Assembly (NCBI GenBank): GCA_002633005.1
Contig: NMRA01000018.1
Coordinates: 645,131-709,130 of the forward strand
Direction: 5' to 3'
Source of the DNA: Phoronis australis
Lineage: Eukaryota; Animalia; Phoronida
Length of the DNA: 64,000 nucleotides
Part shown: positions 50,309 through 64,000 of the stretch, piece by piece
Numbering within the stretch: the first letter of the stretch is position 1
How the letters are laid out: the number at the start of each line of letters is the position of its first letter
The notes under the pieces: model-generated
Databases searched by the model: none
Told to the model about the DNA's origin: nothing
What the model saw: only the letters and a program-made list of their open reading frames with translations
Position numbers and translations under genes: made by a program

Positions 50309-53300
50309 ATTGACAGGTCTGATTGCCACAGGTAAATCAAATAGGAATCCAAAGTTTCAGGTCATTTAGTGCAAACATGGGGTCATTAGGTGCATTTTTC
50401 TTCTGAAAATTTGATCTTTTCAATCAGCAAGTATTCTGATGTGTCAACCGTTAGACAACTATGATTCTCAGCGTTAAACACATTTTCATGGGCTTCGCAA
50501 TAATTCTCCTAAAGATGCTTAAAATACACCGGATCAGGTCAATTAGCGTTGCAAAGGTCATATAACGTTCAAAATGTTATATCTCTTACGTTTTACAAGG
50601 AATTCTTTTCAATTTCAGCACAATGGTGTAAGTCAACATGCCAAGTGAATACCCTACTTTACTTCGTAATCAGAAAAAATAGGTCAGAGGTCATTGAGTG
50701 CAAACTAAAATTTTGAGCTAGAGACTTCAGAATTACGTATCTGTTTACTAAGTAGTCACTTTTATGCGGTAACCGACCATTTTTACTAATTTTTGTTTAG
50801 CAAAGATATTTGGCTCTCTGCGTGTCTGCTAGGTGGTAGAGAAAACTCACGTTTTATCACTGGTTGATGTAACCTCGGCAGTTATTAGTTAGCATTACAA
50901 CAAAGAAGGAAAAAGGCGAACTGTGAGCGATTTAGCCTTGTCATGCCAGTGGCGTGACAGGAAATATTTTGTTTCTGAAATAATGTTTTATAGACGCGTG
51001 CTTCAAGCACATACAATTAATGCACACACATCTGGCCGGTTTAACAGATTCATATTGTGTGAATACACGAGAACAACGTAAACAAAAGTCAGCGACAGTA
51101 GAAAAATGCACTCGGAATTATGGAATGCCCCTATAGCGCCTTCTGACGAGTCTTTTCTGACACGTTACGAGTCATCGAAGCGCGTCAGAGACGACTCGAA
51201 AGGTATTTTCCAAATGTGTCAAGTTACCGCCCCATTACTGTGCGACCAATAAGACGCTGTCGTTTAATCAGCGATGACGTATGCTTCGATGTCAGTTTAC
51301 GCCCCAACTGACACAACATCCGACTAGCCTAAAAGGTCATCAGCCATCCCACTTAGCATTTGGCGAATAAGGGACAATTTTACATGCACATTCGTATTAA
51401 TTAAACGATTCATAATCCACCTCTGTGGAGTGTAGCACCCTGCAAATTAGTACAACGGGGGCTTCTGCGTTAGAATAGCATGTATAGTCAAAATGTTATA
51501 AACGAAAGACTGTTTATCCAAATAAACGAGGGCAATGCTTAGTGTGAGTGACGAGGACTGGATGACCGTGACCTTGGAGTGGTTTTCACAATGCTGTGCC
51601 AACAGTTGTTGAATCCTTGCAGGTTCTATTTGCTTGATCAGTGACTATGTACCAGTGGGTTATATAGTCTTGCTCAGTGGTGACAGACTATTGTGTAGAT
51701 TGTGTTTTTATGGGAGGCAGTGCTGGCCATTTTCTAAACTTTTTCTTTGTCAAATGCTCAGTGAAGACAGGGTATAATGCTACAAGTTGTTTTTGAGAGG
51801 AAGTGGTGGCCTGCTATTGTTTGTTTTTAAAGAACTAAAAAGTAAAACGCTATAGTGACGCGTCAACGTGATAGAAAAGCCCCGTCACAAGGTGACGCTA
51901 GTGGCGTTCCATACGGAAAAGGCACAACCACAACTTTCCTATTCGCATTTGTTGAACGTGAAAATTAAGCCCCAAACTTGGTGGTTTTTGAAACAGTTGA
52001 CCTTTGATCACTCCCGTTAACCTCTTGAGTCACGAAATAGCCCATTACAGCTTGAGGCGTGGTGAGACTCTGTGTCCTGGTTGGTACGGTGAACTTTTCT
52101 TGACTCACACATGATCATTGGTGTATCAAGTGGGGGGCCAGTGGGAAGGGCAGCTGCTTCCAGGCCCTAGAAGTAGGGACAATCACCGAAATGTAAACGT
52201 TTTATAAAGTTTGGAAAACATTTTCTTTATACTACATGGGAATATACAGTCATTAAACTTTTCGTCTTAATGATTGTATAGAACCTATTTTTCGACGAGA
52301 GGATCAGCTGTCAAGGGGCCGCTCTCCAGCGCACCATTGCCGGATCACTGCATTCCCAAAGTTTTAGTCCGAGCTTGTAGGGGAGCTTATTCTTTTCCCT
52401 CAGCGTTACTTCATCCTGTAGTTTCACACAATAAATAGTTCCAAAGGAATCACTCAGTTAAATGTGACGAGCTTTCCTTGAAATTTTCGGACACACTGCT
52501 TGGGCGGTCGAACCGGGAGGTCGAAAAATGCATTTGAGCGACCCAATTTCCCGAAAACTGATTGGAATGGTCTACTTCAGGTTATGCCAACGAATGATAA
52601 TATGTTCGTAATGCAGACGTTTTTTTCACAAGTAAAACGCCTGTAGGGGGTGCTGAGGTGTCTCAAGAAAATATGTTACTTCTGTCAGTGATACGCAACA
52701 TTTTAAACTCCGTCCGGTGATATTTGTCTCAGTACCAAATTCATCTTACCTTTGTGAACTAGTAGTTTGTTCAATTTGAAACTACATGGTCTTAAAATTC
52801 AAACAATTATGTCATAGTCTCAGTTGTCAAAAAACACGACGATTGCAATACATGTACATAGGCTGTTCCAGAGTTTCAAAAAGGTGTTCGCTATGGCAAT
52901 TTTTACACCAATCCATGTACCCTTGGATCCGAGCACGATGTGTGGAATCCCAGATTTGTTTTGTCAATAAAACAAACTTCAATCTGATTGGCCATCCAGA
53001 AGGAGGACAACAAAAACGTTTTCACTCTTACAGAAATAACACGTTGATATACGCTAACCATTTCAAACAATAAAATTTCGATTTATTTCAAAATATCACC
53101 ATCATACAGTAAAAACACACCGTTACATAAACGGGATATTTCAAGCCGGGACAAAGCTACTGTACTCTTACATGCACTCCACTTCAGCAAAAGTGAGATT
53201 TCAACCAACTCAAATTTAATCCCTCGATTCAGTTGGATCCTACTTTTAAGGGTACGCAGCTCTGACACTAGTCTATATATGCATGCACATATATATTTCA

Positions 53301-53529
53301 GTGTATGTCCTGTAATTGGCAACACCCCGCCGCAAAATTAATATGACAAAAGTTAATGGTAATAAACTCTGTCTGCCCAGTCCCAAATGCCGTACCCAGG
53401 CATTAATACAGTGTAAGCTGGGGCGGACTCAGGATTTCAAGTTGGGGGGTCAGGGCACAGGAATAAGCAGAACTACGCCTCATGCGCGCGCCCAGCCTAA
53501 TGTGACGTCACTGACACATCAGCCAATCA

Positions 53530-55377
53530 GCGATCGATTTCAGGATTCAGCGTTTTGACCATAAATACTAATCGGCTTTTTTTTGGCGCGCAAGTCGGGC
53601 AAATCTGAGTTTTATTTGTAGGTTGGAACCAATTAACTGCAACAGTATTTTGACTACAGTCTCCTTTTAATACAAACAAAACGTAAGTGTTAAAATGCTT
53701 TAATTCTGTGCTCGAGTATGTAATGATTTTCTTTGACGATTTTCTAATAATCCTAGTGTGCACTTGATGACCCTAGCATCAAAGCTATGAGGCTTTACAC
53801 GAAATCAGGTGTTGTTACTTAAGTTTTAGTTCAAACCTTGGGGTCATTCAGGGCGAATTTATAATAGAATCTTATGTATGTAAACTATATTTTACTTGAG
53901 CCAATGAGGTATAGAACGTATCAACACTTACCTTGAATTTGTATTCAAAGTAAGAAGCAAAGTGGCAAAAATAATATTGAATTCAACGTACAGCACACAA
54001 AAGTAAACCCCGGACTGTTTCGAAAACCAGCACATCACTTTTTAATAAAAAAAGTTCCCGACCAATTTCCCTTGGAATCAGGTTACAGTGGGGGAAAAGA
54101 ACCTAAATAATTTCATCCAACATCAGACGAAGTTGTTAAAAGGATACATACCCATTCCAGTTGGCCTTTTCTATTTGAAAGTTTGGACAACTAAACACTA
54201 GTGCATAACCACACCACTTTTGAAAAAATCACAGACGTAGAACCGTATGCTATTTTCTGGCATAACAGTCATGAATTCACCGTTCTTTGCAAAAGTGATC
54301 TTGGTCAGCTTCTGACTCACACTACCAGTGTTTAGTGATGCAGCGTGCCACACGATTTATTCTAACATGATAGTTCTTCACCATCAACAACTCAACCATG
54401 TCAAAATAGTGGTCGTTAGTTTCGTACTGTGTTTTATTAGCATTGTTGTTTGAGTGAAATAGGTCGCTGTTGCCGCATTTTCCTTCACCCTAACGCTTAT
54501 TTTATAATAAGAGCAGACTGATTTGGCACACAAGATCTTTTCGACACAGATCAATATGTGTATGACTCCAGGTGCTGGCACCATACGTCCGCTGGTTTTC
54601 TTCAGCTTTAGCAAGTGATAAAACTCTTGACTGGGAATCCCCCGGAAATCACTTCCTGAGGTGATTGCAATAACTTTAAGAACAATAAAATCATATTGTT
54701 CTCGATGTCACTGGGGTGCTCAGATGGCTCGCATTACCTATAATCGCGCTCATTGGTGTTGAGCGGTGTTGGCAGCTCTTCATCTTGATGGACCTGGCAA
54801 CACCAACACCCTGAAAAAGCAATGCAACAATAAATGATGCTGGTGGGATAATTTTCATAAGTAAATAGTACCGGTGAGAAGCACCCAAGGCAGCAAAAAG
54901 GTCTGGACCAAAAACATAACTCCTGCTTTTGCTTTTACTTTGGCTCTGAGTTTTCAATAGCTCTGTGCTCACCTTGTTTGCTCAGTATCTGGTAGTAGAG
55001 CGTTAGCAGTTGAAGGAAGGAGTAGGTCTGTTCATTCAGTCAGTGTTTTACTCAGCTAATCCAAAAAAAATTGAAAGAAAATTTATTACGTGCTTCACAC
55101 ATTGTGCTGAAAGATAGATCAAAGTAATTTTGATTTAAAATGAGATGAAAGGGTAACAGAAGCCAAATCATAGCAAAATTCAATCACATTACTACACTAC
55201 ACTTACCTGTAGATGTGAAGGAAAATCAGTTTTGGGGCAGCATCAGTCCGATTCTTTACAGTACACCCATTCCGGAGAGTATCCCACTCAGAAAAATACT
55301 GGAAGCGCAATACACTTTCAGAACCTGACTCACACTATTAACCATTTGTTTTGCTTCGTGGAGCAGCGTGCGCCCAT
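53530..55377 (-). pseudogene. Possible highly decayed THAP-domain / P-element-type transposase
   Basis: Minus strand 55206-55377 gives ...KW...SESVLRFQYFSEWD...RTDAAP / DFPSHLQ|gtaagt, resembling the THAP C-terminal half. LVFMV-like segments lie downstream. Many disruptions. Confidence 0.3.
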
Positions 55378-56299
55378 TTTTATGCAAATTTTACCTTTGG
55401 GAAACCTGCCATTAGAAACATGAATACAAATTAGAAACAACTCAACTTCTAAGTTGAAAGTTAAAAGAGTTCACGCGAAAATTTTAAGTAAAAGGACTAC
55501 TTCTACAGGAAAAATGTAGTGGAAGAACTAATCAGTCGAGATTATTTAACACTAGTTAAGAAAGGGCTTCAGTTTATTTAGTTATTTCCAAAGGTGTCTC
55601 AAAAACTACAATAAATCGTGCCACAGTCTCGCTAACAGTAAAAACTGTGGCCATATCCTGGCTCGAGCAGTTTAAAAATGGCCAGTTGTCGATTTCGGCA
55701 ACTGATCGAAGGGCTGCTCGAAAAAAGGCTTGGTTACAGGAGTATATATTCTAGATCGAAATAGTTAAAGGCATCGACGGCCTCCTAACGTGTCTCACTC
55801 GGCACTCAAATGTACCTTAGTAGCAACGTGACTTGATAAGTGTGAGGCATAATTCGCCGAAAAGCTTCTGGCGTATGAAATCCCTATGGGAATGCCACCG
55901 TCTCTTCGGCTAAGTAGAGACGGTGGCTTTGTCTAAAGCTACAAAAGAGGAGGTTGTCATATAAGAATGCTTCACTACAACAACGTAAAATGGCTAAATG
56001 TGCAGGGGGGGGGGGGTCCGTAACACTGGCCATGACATAAACATTAACGGGGACACGCTGACTTGTGAATGTGAATTAAATTCAAAGGACACCTGGGAGC
56101 TACAAGTTTACCACTGAGCAGGCTGAACTGCATTACACAGCCCGTAACCCTGCACAACCAGAGTGAAGCTTACACTGCACAATTCGGGATCATCTGTCAT
56201 ACACATATAAGTAATCGATTTTGTCAATATTCAATCACAATGACACACATGAAACCCTAATCAGAAGGACAAGATAAGTGGAATAATTACCTCTAAAAT

Positions 56300-59200
56300 G
56301 TGATGTTTTATTTCTTATTTTTTTCCAGAGATATTTATTAACTCAACCAACCAGTACATAGTTGTGTGACAATATGACATCTAGTTTAGTGTACATCAAA
56401 CAAATTACGAAACATTATCGGACCATACAAAAGCTAGTTAGGCAAAAAAGACCACCTTGCCTGGAATCTCTCAAGATCCAATTTATCATTGTAAATAATT
56501 TTTTCCAGGTTGTAGTAATCATATACCTCACGTAAAAATGACTGAAAATTGGGCTTAGTCTTTTGTAATCTTTGTCTATATAAGTGGAATTTCGCTAAGC
56601 AAAGAATTAAATTTACAGCTTCTAATCTACAGGCTGGGTCTCCAAACAAGGCGGAAGACATATTTANNNNNNNNNNNNNNNNNNNNNNNNNNNNNNNNNN
56701 NNNNNNNNNNNNNNNNNNNNNNNNNNNNNNNNNNNNNNNNNNNNNNNNNNNNNNNNNNNNNNNNNNNNNNNNNNNNNNNNNNNNNNNNNNNNNNNNNNNN
56801 NNNNNNNNNNNNNNNNNNNNNNNNNNNNNNNNNNNNNNNNNNNNNNNNNNNNNNNNNNNNNNNNNNNNNNNNNNNNNNNNNNNNNNNNNNNNNNNNNNNN
56901 NNNNNNNNNNNNNNNNNNNNNNNNNNNNNNNNNNNNNNNNNNNNNNNNNNNNNNNNNNNNNNNNNNNNNNNNNNNNNNNNNNNNNNNNNNNNNNNNNNNN
57001 NNNNNNNNNNNNNNNNNNNNNNNNNNNNNNNNNNNNNNNNNNNNNNNNNNNNNNNNNNNNNNNNNNNNNNNNNNNNNNNNNNNNNNNNNNNNNNNNNNNN
57101 NNNNNNNNNNNNNNNNNNNNNNNNNNNNNNNNNNNNNNNNNNNNNNNNNNNNNNNNNNNNNNNNNNNNNNNNNNNNNNNNNNNNNNNNNNNNNNNNNNNN
57201 NNNNNNNNNNNNNNNNNNNNNNNNNNNNNNNNNNNNNNNNNNNNNNNNNNNNNNNNNNNNNNNNNNNNNNNNNNNNNNNNNNNNNNNNNNNNNNGAATAC
57301 TTAGCAAACTGATCAAGAAGGTTAAGTGAAGATTTTAAAGAGGCCTCTGAACCATCTAGAAAGAGGACCGTGTCGTCTGCATATTGCATTAATTTATACT
57401 CTAAAGAGCCTACTTTTATGCCTTTAACATTCTCGCATTGCCTCAACATAGATGCCATAATTTCGGCACACAACAAAAAAAGATAAGGTGAAAGGGGATC
57501 CCCTTGTCTGCAACCTCGGCAAATGTTAAAGTAGTTGGACGTAAAGCCATACTGAATGACTGAAAGTTGGACACTTTCATTGAGTATTGTGAACCAACGA
57601 ATAATATCGTCACCAAAATTGAAATAGTGTAGAACTTTCTTAAGAAATCTCCAGGACACAGAATCAAAGGCTTTTTCAAAATCAATTAATACCAGAAGTC
57701 CGGGAATATCCTTAACTTGAGTATATTGTAAGATGTCATAAATCACTCTGGTGTTTTCTCCCATAAAGCGACCTGGGAGAAACCCAGTTTGATTATGATG
57801 AATTGACTTATTTAAAACAGATTTTATCCTTTGTGCAATACATGCTGATAATAGTTTATAACTTGAATTTAGTAAGGAGATTGGTCTCCAATTTTTAATG
57901 TATTCACGTTGTTTCTTGCCCTTAGGAATCAGAGTAATGACACCTTGACGCATAGTGGTAGGGAGACGGTCGGTTCGAAAACTGTAATTAAAAGATTTGA
58001 TCAAAAATGGCGACAATTCTTTCCAAAAAAAATTGTAAAACTTTACAGGAAAACCATCAGTCCCCGGAGTTCTGTCATTTTTCATACATTTAAGGACAGT
58101 TGCAGCTTCAGTATAAGTTATTGGTCCTTCTAGTTTTTCTTTCAGGTCGGCGTCCAGTTTAGACATATTTTCAGGGGTCACCAAGTCCTCCAACTCATAT
58201 AGGAGAGAGTCATTTTCTTTCGCTGCATATAAATTTGCATAGAATTTTTCGATTGCACGCAGTATAGCTTTATGGTTCATCAAGCTTCGTCCAGTCTCGT
58301 CTATAAGTTTGTGGACATTCTTGTTCACGTAATTGCGTTTTTCTAAGTTACTAAAATATTTGGACGGTTTTTCACCATCCTCGATCCATTTTGCCCGAGA
58401 TCTCAGCATCATGCCTTTCACTTTGTCCTTTCTAATATATTCGTAATCTTTCTGTAAATCTGAATAAATTTCAAGGAGCAGAACAAAATTACTGTTGCAC
58501 ATCATTTTTCTAAGAAGACTTAATTGCTCCTCAAAATTCTTTTCATGTCGATGCTTTTCTTTTTTCTTGAAAGCTGAATAAGACAAAGTATAATTTCTAA
58601 TGTTCAGTAGAATCATCTCAAGAAGAAGAGAGTCGTCTATAGTGGACTGACCGTCTGGCAAATTGGAGACATTATCATGAGATAAATATTCCCTCTCGGT
58701 TTTAACTATGATGTCTTTCACATTACTGATATATTCTACATCACGTAATAAGGATTTGTTAAGTCGCCATAGACCTTTACCTCTAACAAATTTAGAGGCC
58801 TGAATAGTAGTCAAAACACAATGATGGTCGGTTCTATAACCTGGAGACGTTTCAATATTTTCTATCCAAGAGGAAAATTCGTCGGACACTAGAAAAAAGT
58901 CCAGACGGGCTTGCTTACAAGGGTTTATTTTGAACCAAGTATAGCTTGTTGTATTTGGGTTACGTAAGCGCCACGGGTCGACCAAATTTAACTGCGACAT
59001 CAGACTGATAACTTGTTTTCTTGCAGCCGGATTGTTTTGGTGTTTGTATCCTAAACAGTCAAGATTGAAATCCTGAACCAAATTCCAGTCGCCGCAAATG
59101 ATTATGAACTCTGAATTGTAGTTAGAGACTACTTGAAGCAGGGTTCTAAAAATTCGGGGTCATCCTTGTTGGGACCGTAAATATTAGCTAGAGTAATTGA

Positions 59201-60300
59201 GACTCGATTTTCAATAAGTAATTCGATGACAACAAGGTTTCCTTTATCATCAAGATGGATTTTACCAACTTCACATTCAAAGTTATTATTTAGCAATATG
59301 CAGACACCTCTCGATTCTCTTGTTCCAGGGCTCATGAAAACATCATATCCCCACTGGGCTCTAATAACAGAAATTTCTGATTCAATAAAATGAGTTTCTT
59401 GCAAGCAATAAATACTACAACACTTCCGTCTCAAAAATTCAAAGACATCCTTTCTCTTAATTGTGTCCCTTAGCCCTCTGCAGTTTAAAGATAAGATACT
59501 AACCATGTTCCGACAAAAGACATGACAAATCGGGTCTATCAATTAAAATACTAAGTGTGATGTATATAGAACGTACACAAGTTGGTGAATCAACAAAAAT
59601 CTCGCCCAGAAATATGTAAAAAACAAAAAGGGAGTGGCTAAAATGTACTTCACCACCTCCATGATTCACACTGGACATCAGCTAAGACGATACCCGCATT
59701 CATAGACCTGTATTGATATGCGAATCAGTTGTAGACACAATGAAAGACTCAACTGAATAGAACACTGCCCACATCAGTCAACTTTACATGCAGATGTAGT
59801 GGGCCGATGCCTAAAAACAAGCAAAGAAAGGACTGGCAGTGTTCTATCTGTTACAAAGCCAAGTCAATAGTTATCATACCGTAGAAAAGAAACGAAAAAC
59901 ATACATACCGTCAGCAAAAAGCTGTGTAAGCATATCATATGAGCAATAAACCAAACAATATTTTGCAGTCTTTTAATTAATGAAATTTTGGAAACACCAT
60001 CTACATTCACACACAGTCACTGGACTTGTTTAACCTGACGACTCTCGCAAGTACGCAGGAATGTCGTGAAAATTATCCACAGAATACGACTTACGATCAA
60101 TGTGAAGTGTGTCTCTGATTAGGAAAACAGATTTTACTGAAGGACACGCCTTTGCAGCTTTCAAAATGGGATGTTTTATAGCTTTCTTTTGTCCAGCTAT
60201 TTTTGCAGTTCAATACTGCGCAGTACACAGGAAGCTCGATTCACTTTCATCCCCTTTCAAGATGGCAGCCCACTCTTCAAGTCGTAAACCACGTTCATTC
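56300..60300 (-). mobile_element. Tx1/L1-clade LINE (APE plus RT), one frameshift, spanning an assembly gap; possible ORF1 remnant upstream
   Basis: ILSLNCRGL, CLQETH, NIYGPN (59129-59507); GDWN, RLDFFLVS, TDH, NWRPISLLN, IDFEKAFDSVSW, RGCRQGDPLSP, QYADD (57295-59081). The C-terminus is at 56434-56661. An ORF1-like remnant DTLHIDRKSYSVDNFHDIP lies at about 60060-60120. Confidence 0.9.
56668..57294. other. Assembly gap (N run)
   Basis: Run of N bases; boundaries approximate. Confidence 0.98.
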
Positions 60301-61599
60301 AACTCTTCTTAAGGATACTGTGTCCTTTACATTCACCTACTTAGAACACTGAGAATGAATTTTGCCAGTCGAAAGATATCACTAAAATTAACACTTTTCG
60401 TAAGTTACTGCCATCTACGTACATGTACTCTCGTTATCTTTCTATTAATTCTTTTAAAATTCATACAAAAGCGGAAAGACCTTCAGCGAAACCTAATTAT
60501 TTGTGCTGCATTGCCAGTGGAAAGATTACCCATAATGCACAGGAACTTGTTGACGGAAAAAACATGTCGACCACAAGCAATCGAGGTGAGTTAGGTGCTT
60601 TGACACTTGTCAGAACGTACAAACACATGGAATACAATGCTTGATTGTTACTCCTAAACAACTAAATTAATTTGCCCTGAAACTCAGTCCACTCAGCGAT
60701 TCACTAACCCAAATCAATCGAAGTTTATGTTCAAACCGGCTGAAAATGAGACCGAATCTTAGTGATTCCTGACTTCATGGAGTTTGATTGTCAACATTTC
60801 CTCATCGGGGAGATTCTATACAACAAGTAGGCACGCGATTTCTTACAAACGACGATATCAGTTGCCTACGAGAAATAAGTTTCCCGCGTGGCATTGTGGT
60901 GTTTATATTTAGAGTATTAGACGTAGGTGAGGGCATGGAGTGGAAGATTCCATGGCTGCATTTCTAAAGTAAGCTACAATTCTCCAAACACCAATTATAG
61001 ACCATGTTACGTAGCTCCTCACCGATGCTACCTGCCAAGAATGATCCACACTCGCCAACCAAACTCCAGGCTCAAGAATAGGTTCCTCACCACTCACTCG
61101 GTGACATTCCTGGATTAGAGATAATTATTATTCAGGTATAACACATTTCTGTTTTTTGTGAATGTAACTGTGAGGTCCGTGTGTAATTAAGGTTTTTTAC
61201 CATGAGTTAAATGTCTGATGGTTTTGACCACAGGTGATTTTACTGAGAGATGGGATTTAGTGGACGCAGGTGATGGGCATGAAATCGCTTTGACCCCAGC
61301 TGTGGGTCATGTATTGGTGTAGGGGGTCGAGATTTTCAAACAGAACGTTGTTGTTTCGTACAATTTTAAATGCAAGCGGGTACATGATTTTCCCATATTT
61401 AGCATTTGTTCTGTCCACATTCAATTCTATTCTGTTCTATTCCAGAGGAATTCTGTTTGTAAAAATTGCAATGACACCATTGAATTATTGGTTCTTGCGG
61501 GAAACTTAAGAGGCCAACTTCCCATTGAGCTATGTTGTTTCAGGCTCCGTCTGAGGTTTTTAGTTAAGGCTTTTATAACGCTGGCTTTAATCTACACTT

Positions 61600-64000
61600 T
61601 TACCTTATCGACACTATTTCACCTAAATACGCATAATAATTATCTAGTTTGTGGTTTTCCTAAGGATTAACAATGAATATGTTATATGCTTAGCATTCAA
61701 ATTCAAGGACACCATATCGACCAACTCGGTAAACAAGAGATTGTGGAAAGAGGCGGACGCGGTCATGGCGAAACAGAAATATGCCATCGTAGAGGAATGG
61801 AGGAAGCAGAGCTTAAGAAATTGCCCTGGATGTGCTACCCAAAAGTCTGCGACTGTTTTGAGGGTTCCAGAATATTTATCGAGGATCTTAAAGCTAGGGT
61901 TTACAGGTCATACTTGTGTATGAAAGATATTGTATGCTATGTATGTAGTGGATTATGAAACACATCTTACATAAGTCAGATGTTAGTTTGGAAATCTGTG
62001 TCGTTGGAATGGTTAATTTTTGTGTTCATCGTGAAGGTGGACTCACGTGAAGTGTAGAATGCTGTTGCGCAACTTCCGCCGCTGTTCAGTTCCGACTGTC
62101 AGTACATTGCTTCACCCACAACAAGACTTGTGCAATGCCTCCACGTCGCAACACATGGACTGGGTATACTCGGACTAAACTGTGCGGGATCGGGTGGGGA
62201 AGGAGCGTTTCTGTCTTTTGAAGTCTCTGTTGTTTCGAACGATATGAGATGCCGAAAACCCCGTTGGGAGCACTCTCTTTTCTCGGGAAGTTGGTCAGTG
62301 GCTCTAGATTGGGAAGCCCCTCTAACGGAATCACCCTCCTTTGGGTCTCCTTGTCAAGAGTATTTTGACTTTGAGCTCTTCGGGGCTGGTTAATACCGCC
62401 TTGTCTCCTGCCAGGTGACGCGGGAACCCTTGAAAAATAATACCCTGGTTCTTGAGTCTTAAGTCAGTTGCTGCTGATGGTAAACATCACAGAACTTTGC
62501 GTATTAAGTGATCTTGGGAAAACCGCGGTAGCGCCTGCTGCACTAGAGAACAAGCGTCTGCATGGTTAGCTCTAGGATGTTGCAAGGGTCTGGCACTTGG
62601 AAGTATTCATACTGAACCTGGGAAGTCCATTTGCAGTAGAAACCCTTTCGCTGGGTGTCATATGTTCGCTTGGAGCAACCAGGCAGAAGAGCTGTTGAAA
62701 TCAGTGTCAGACCCTATAGCTTTGCGGATGCAGGAAAGCCTTTGACTTGGCCTTGTTGTCACCCTATATATAGGGTGATAGCGGATGCAGACCTGAATCA
62801 TGGATTGACAGCGAAAACTAATAACCCATCCTGGAGGGGGTTCAAGTGACAAGCGCTCAGGGCAGTCGAATGTGGTCTTTGCGGTAACGGAAGTCCATCT
62901 CAAAGACTCCTCCTTAGGAGTTTCTATAAGGCAAGTGGAAGCACCACCTACTGTAGACGCTCGCTCTGGGAAATCATTAGACTCTTCTATGAGAGTGGAA
63001 AGTGAAATTACCAAGCTCCTGAAAGCAGCAAGTGTGGCTGCTGACGCGAACTCTAAACCTGCCCCGGACACTCCTCGCGGAGCGAATGGAAGCGGAAATA
63101 TTTCAACTGGGCCTTATGACAGCTCCCACCTCTCTCTGCTGCTGCTAAGCGGAGCACAAAGCGGGTTCGCCAGACGGCTCAGAAGAAGCTTGAAAACCTA
63201 GAAATCGATGTTCAGCAGGGACAGGTCGACTCCTGAAACATCCTAAAAATCACCCACCATATTGGCTAAAGTGAATAAACTCCCTTAAGCTAGCGTGTCC
63301 AAGAAAGATCTTAGTGCCTTTGTGGCTGCAAAGGCTGGTGAGCCGTCTACAGATGGCATTTGTCAAGCCTCAGATCCCGTGTCCCACTTCATATTAAGTC
63401 AGTGAGACATGAATTGGGCAAAATGGCGATTGGCTGTGACAACTCAGCTACCCTTGACTGGGTCAAACTTGGATGTAACGAACTTACTTCTGATGGTCCT
63501 ATCACAGTTCAGGGTTCCAGTTGATGGGTCCAGGAGACCTGTGGTCAAGGCCTTCTGTCATGTCTTAGAGGAAGTCGCTGCTAATAAGGATGCTTTCTTG
63601 CTGGTCCTTTAAAAGGAGAGCAATGATGACATAGACATGACAAAGTTTCGTGTGACGTCAATGACTGCCATCAAACCAACGTTGAATTATCCCTCTGAGG
63701 GATTTACTATCGTCCTAGATTTCGAAGAGTCCGCTTGCTTGGCAGATTCCCCGTGAGATTGGTTTTCGTCCCTAGTGCGGCTTTGGTGGGCGAGTGCTTT
63801 GCAGACCTAGGGGAAAAAGCAGTAGGAGGCCAAAGCTTTTATCCGGGTCTCATAAGGGATGTAAACCTCGGACGTGGAAGCTTACTGTGTGGCCACCTCA
63901 AAGTCAGTGGGAATGGACATGGCAGATGAAACAACTGAGGTAGGGAATGTTGCTGAGGTTTCTGAACCTATACCATTCAATAACAGATCTTCTCTGGCTC
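61600..64000 (+). mobile_element. Possible heavily decayed DIRS-like retroelement
   Basis: Weak resemblances in the expected order: Cys motifs (RNCPGC about 61820), ESEITKLLKAASV (RT start), NWAKWRLAVTTQLPLTGSNLD (RT thumb-like) and GGQSFYPG..RDVN..LKVSG (RNase H-like). No intact catalytic motif. Confidence 0.3.

Larger units (their letters stand above)
45099..50740. mobile_element. DINE-1/HINE-like element with a triplicated hairpin terminus, split by a LINE insertion
   Basis: Three tandem units of TTACTCTGCGC-GTGCAA-GCGCAGAGTACTGTTGTTCCTGGGTTTTCTTC (45099-45290), then a (TTATTC)n microsatellite. The core repeat 45480-45660 recurs at 50570-50735. Confidence 0.6.

Noticed and set aside
56549-57316. 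Long ORFs of 251, 229 and part of 805 aa
   Set aside because: Artefacts of translating through the N gap.

Overview
Eukaryotic, AT-rich animal genomic DNA, most likely from a marine invertebrate (the taxon cannot be fixed from the sequence). One probable host gene spans about 38 kb on the + strand. Four coding exons found by hand (3226-3245, 12375-12442, 22288-22443, 39425-41265) splice in frame to a 694-aa type II membrane protein: signal anchor, ShKT (ShK toxin-like) domain, then a DUF229 alkaline phosphatase/sulfatase-superfamily domain. The ORF track shows only the last exon, with a false N-terminus borrowed from a MITE. Most of the rest is decayed or nested transposable elements: an Academ-like element, a Tc1 containing a Penelope, a second Penelope, L2/CR1, a 2A-peptide CR1-type LINE, RTE-X-like and Tx1/L1 LINEs, an Ngaro tyrosine-recombinase retroelement with reiterated terminal repeats, a possible DIRS, Helentron-type non-autonomous elements and several MITEs. 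Notable signals are the ShKT-DUF229 architecture, an excess of TACATGTA that behaves like a Tc1/mariner excision footprint (two paralogous empty sites are in the window), and a variant hammerhead ribozyme core in the Penelope termini. There is one assembly gap (about 56668-57294). No database searches were run; family calls rest on motif recognition.
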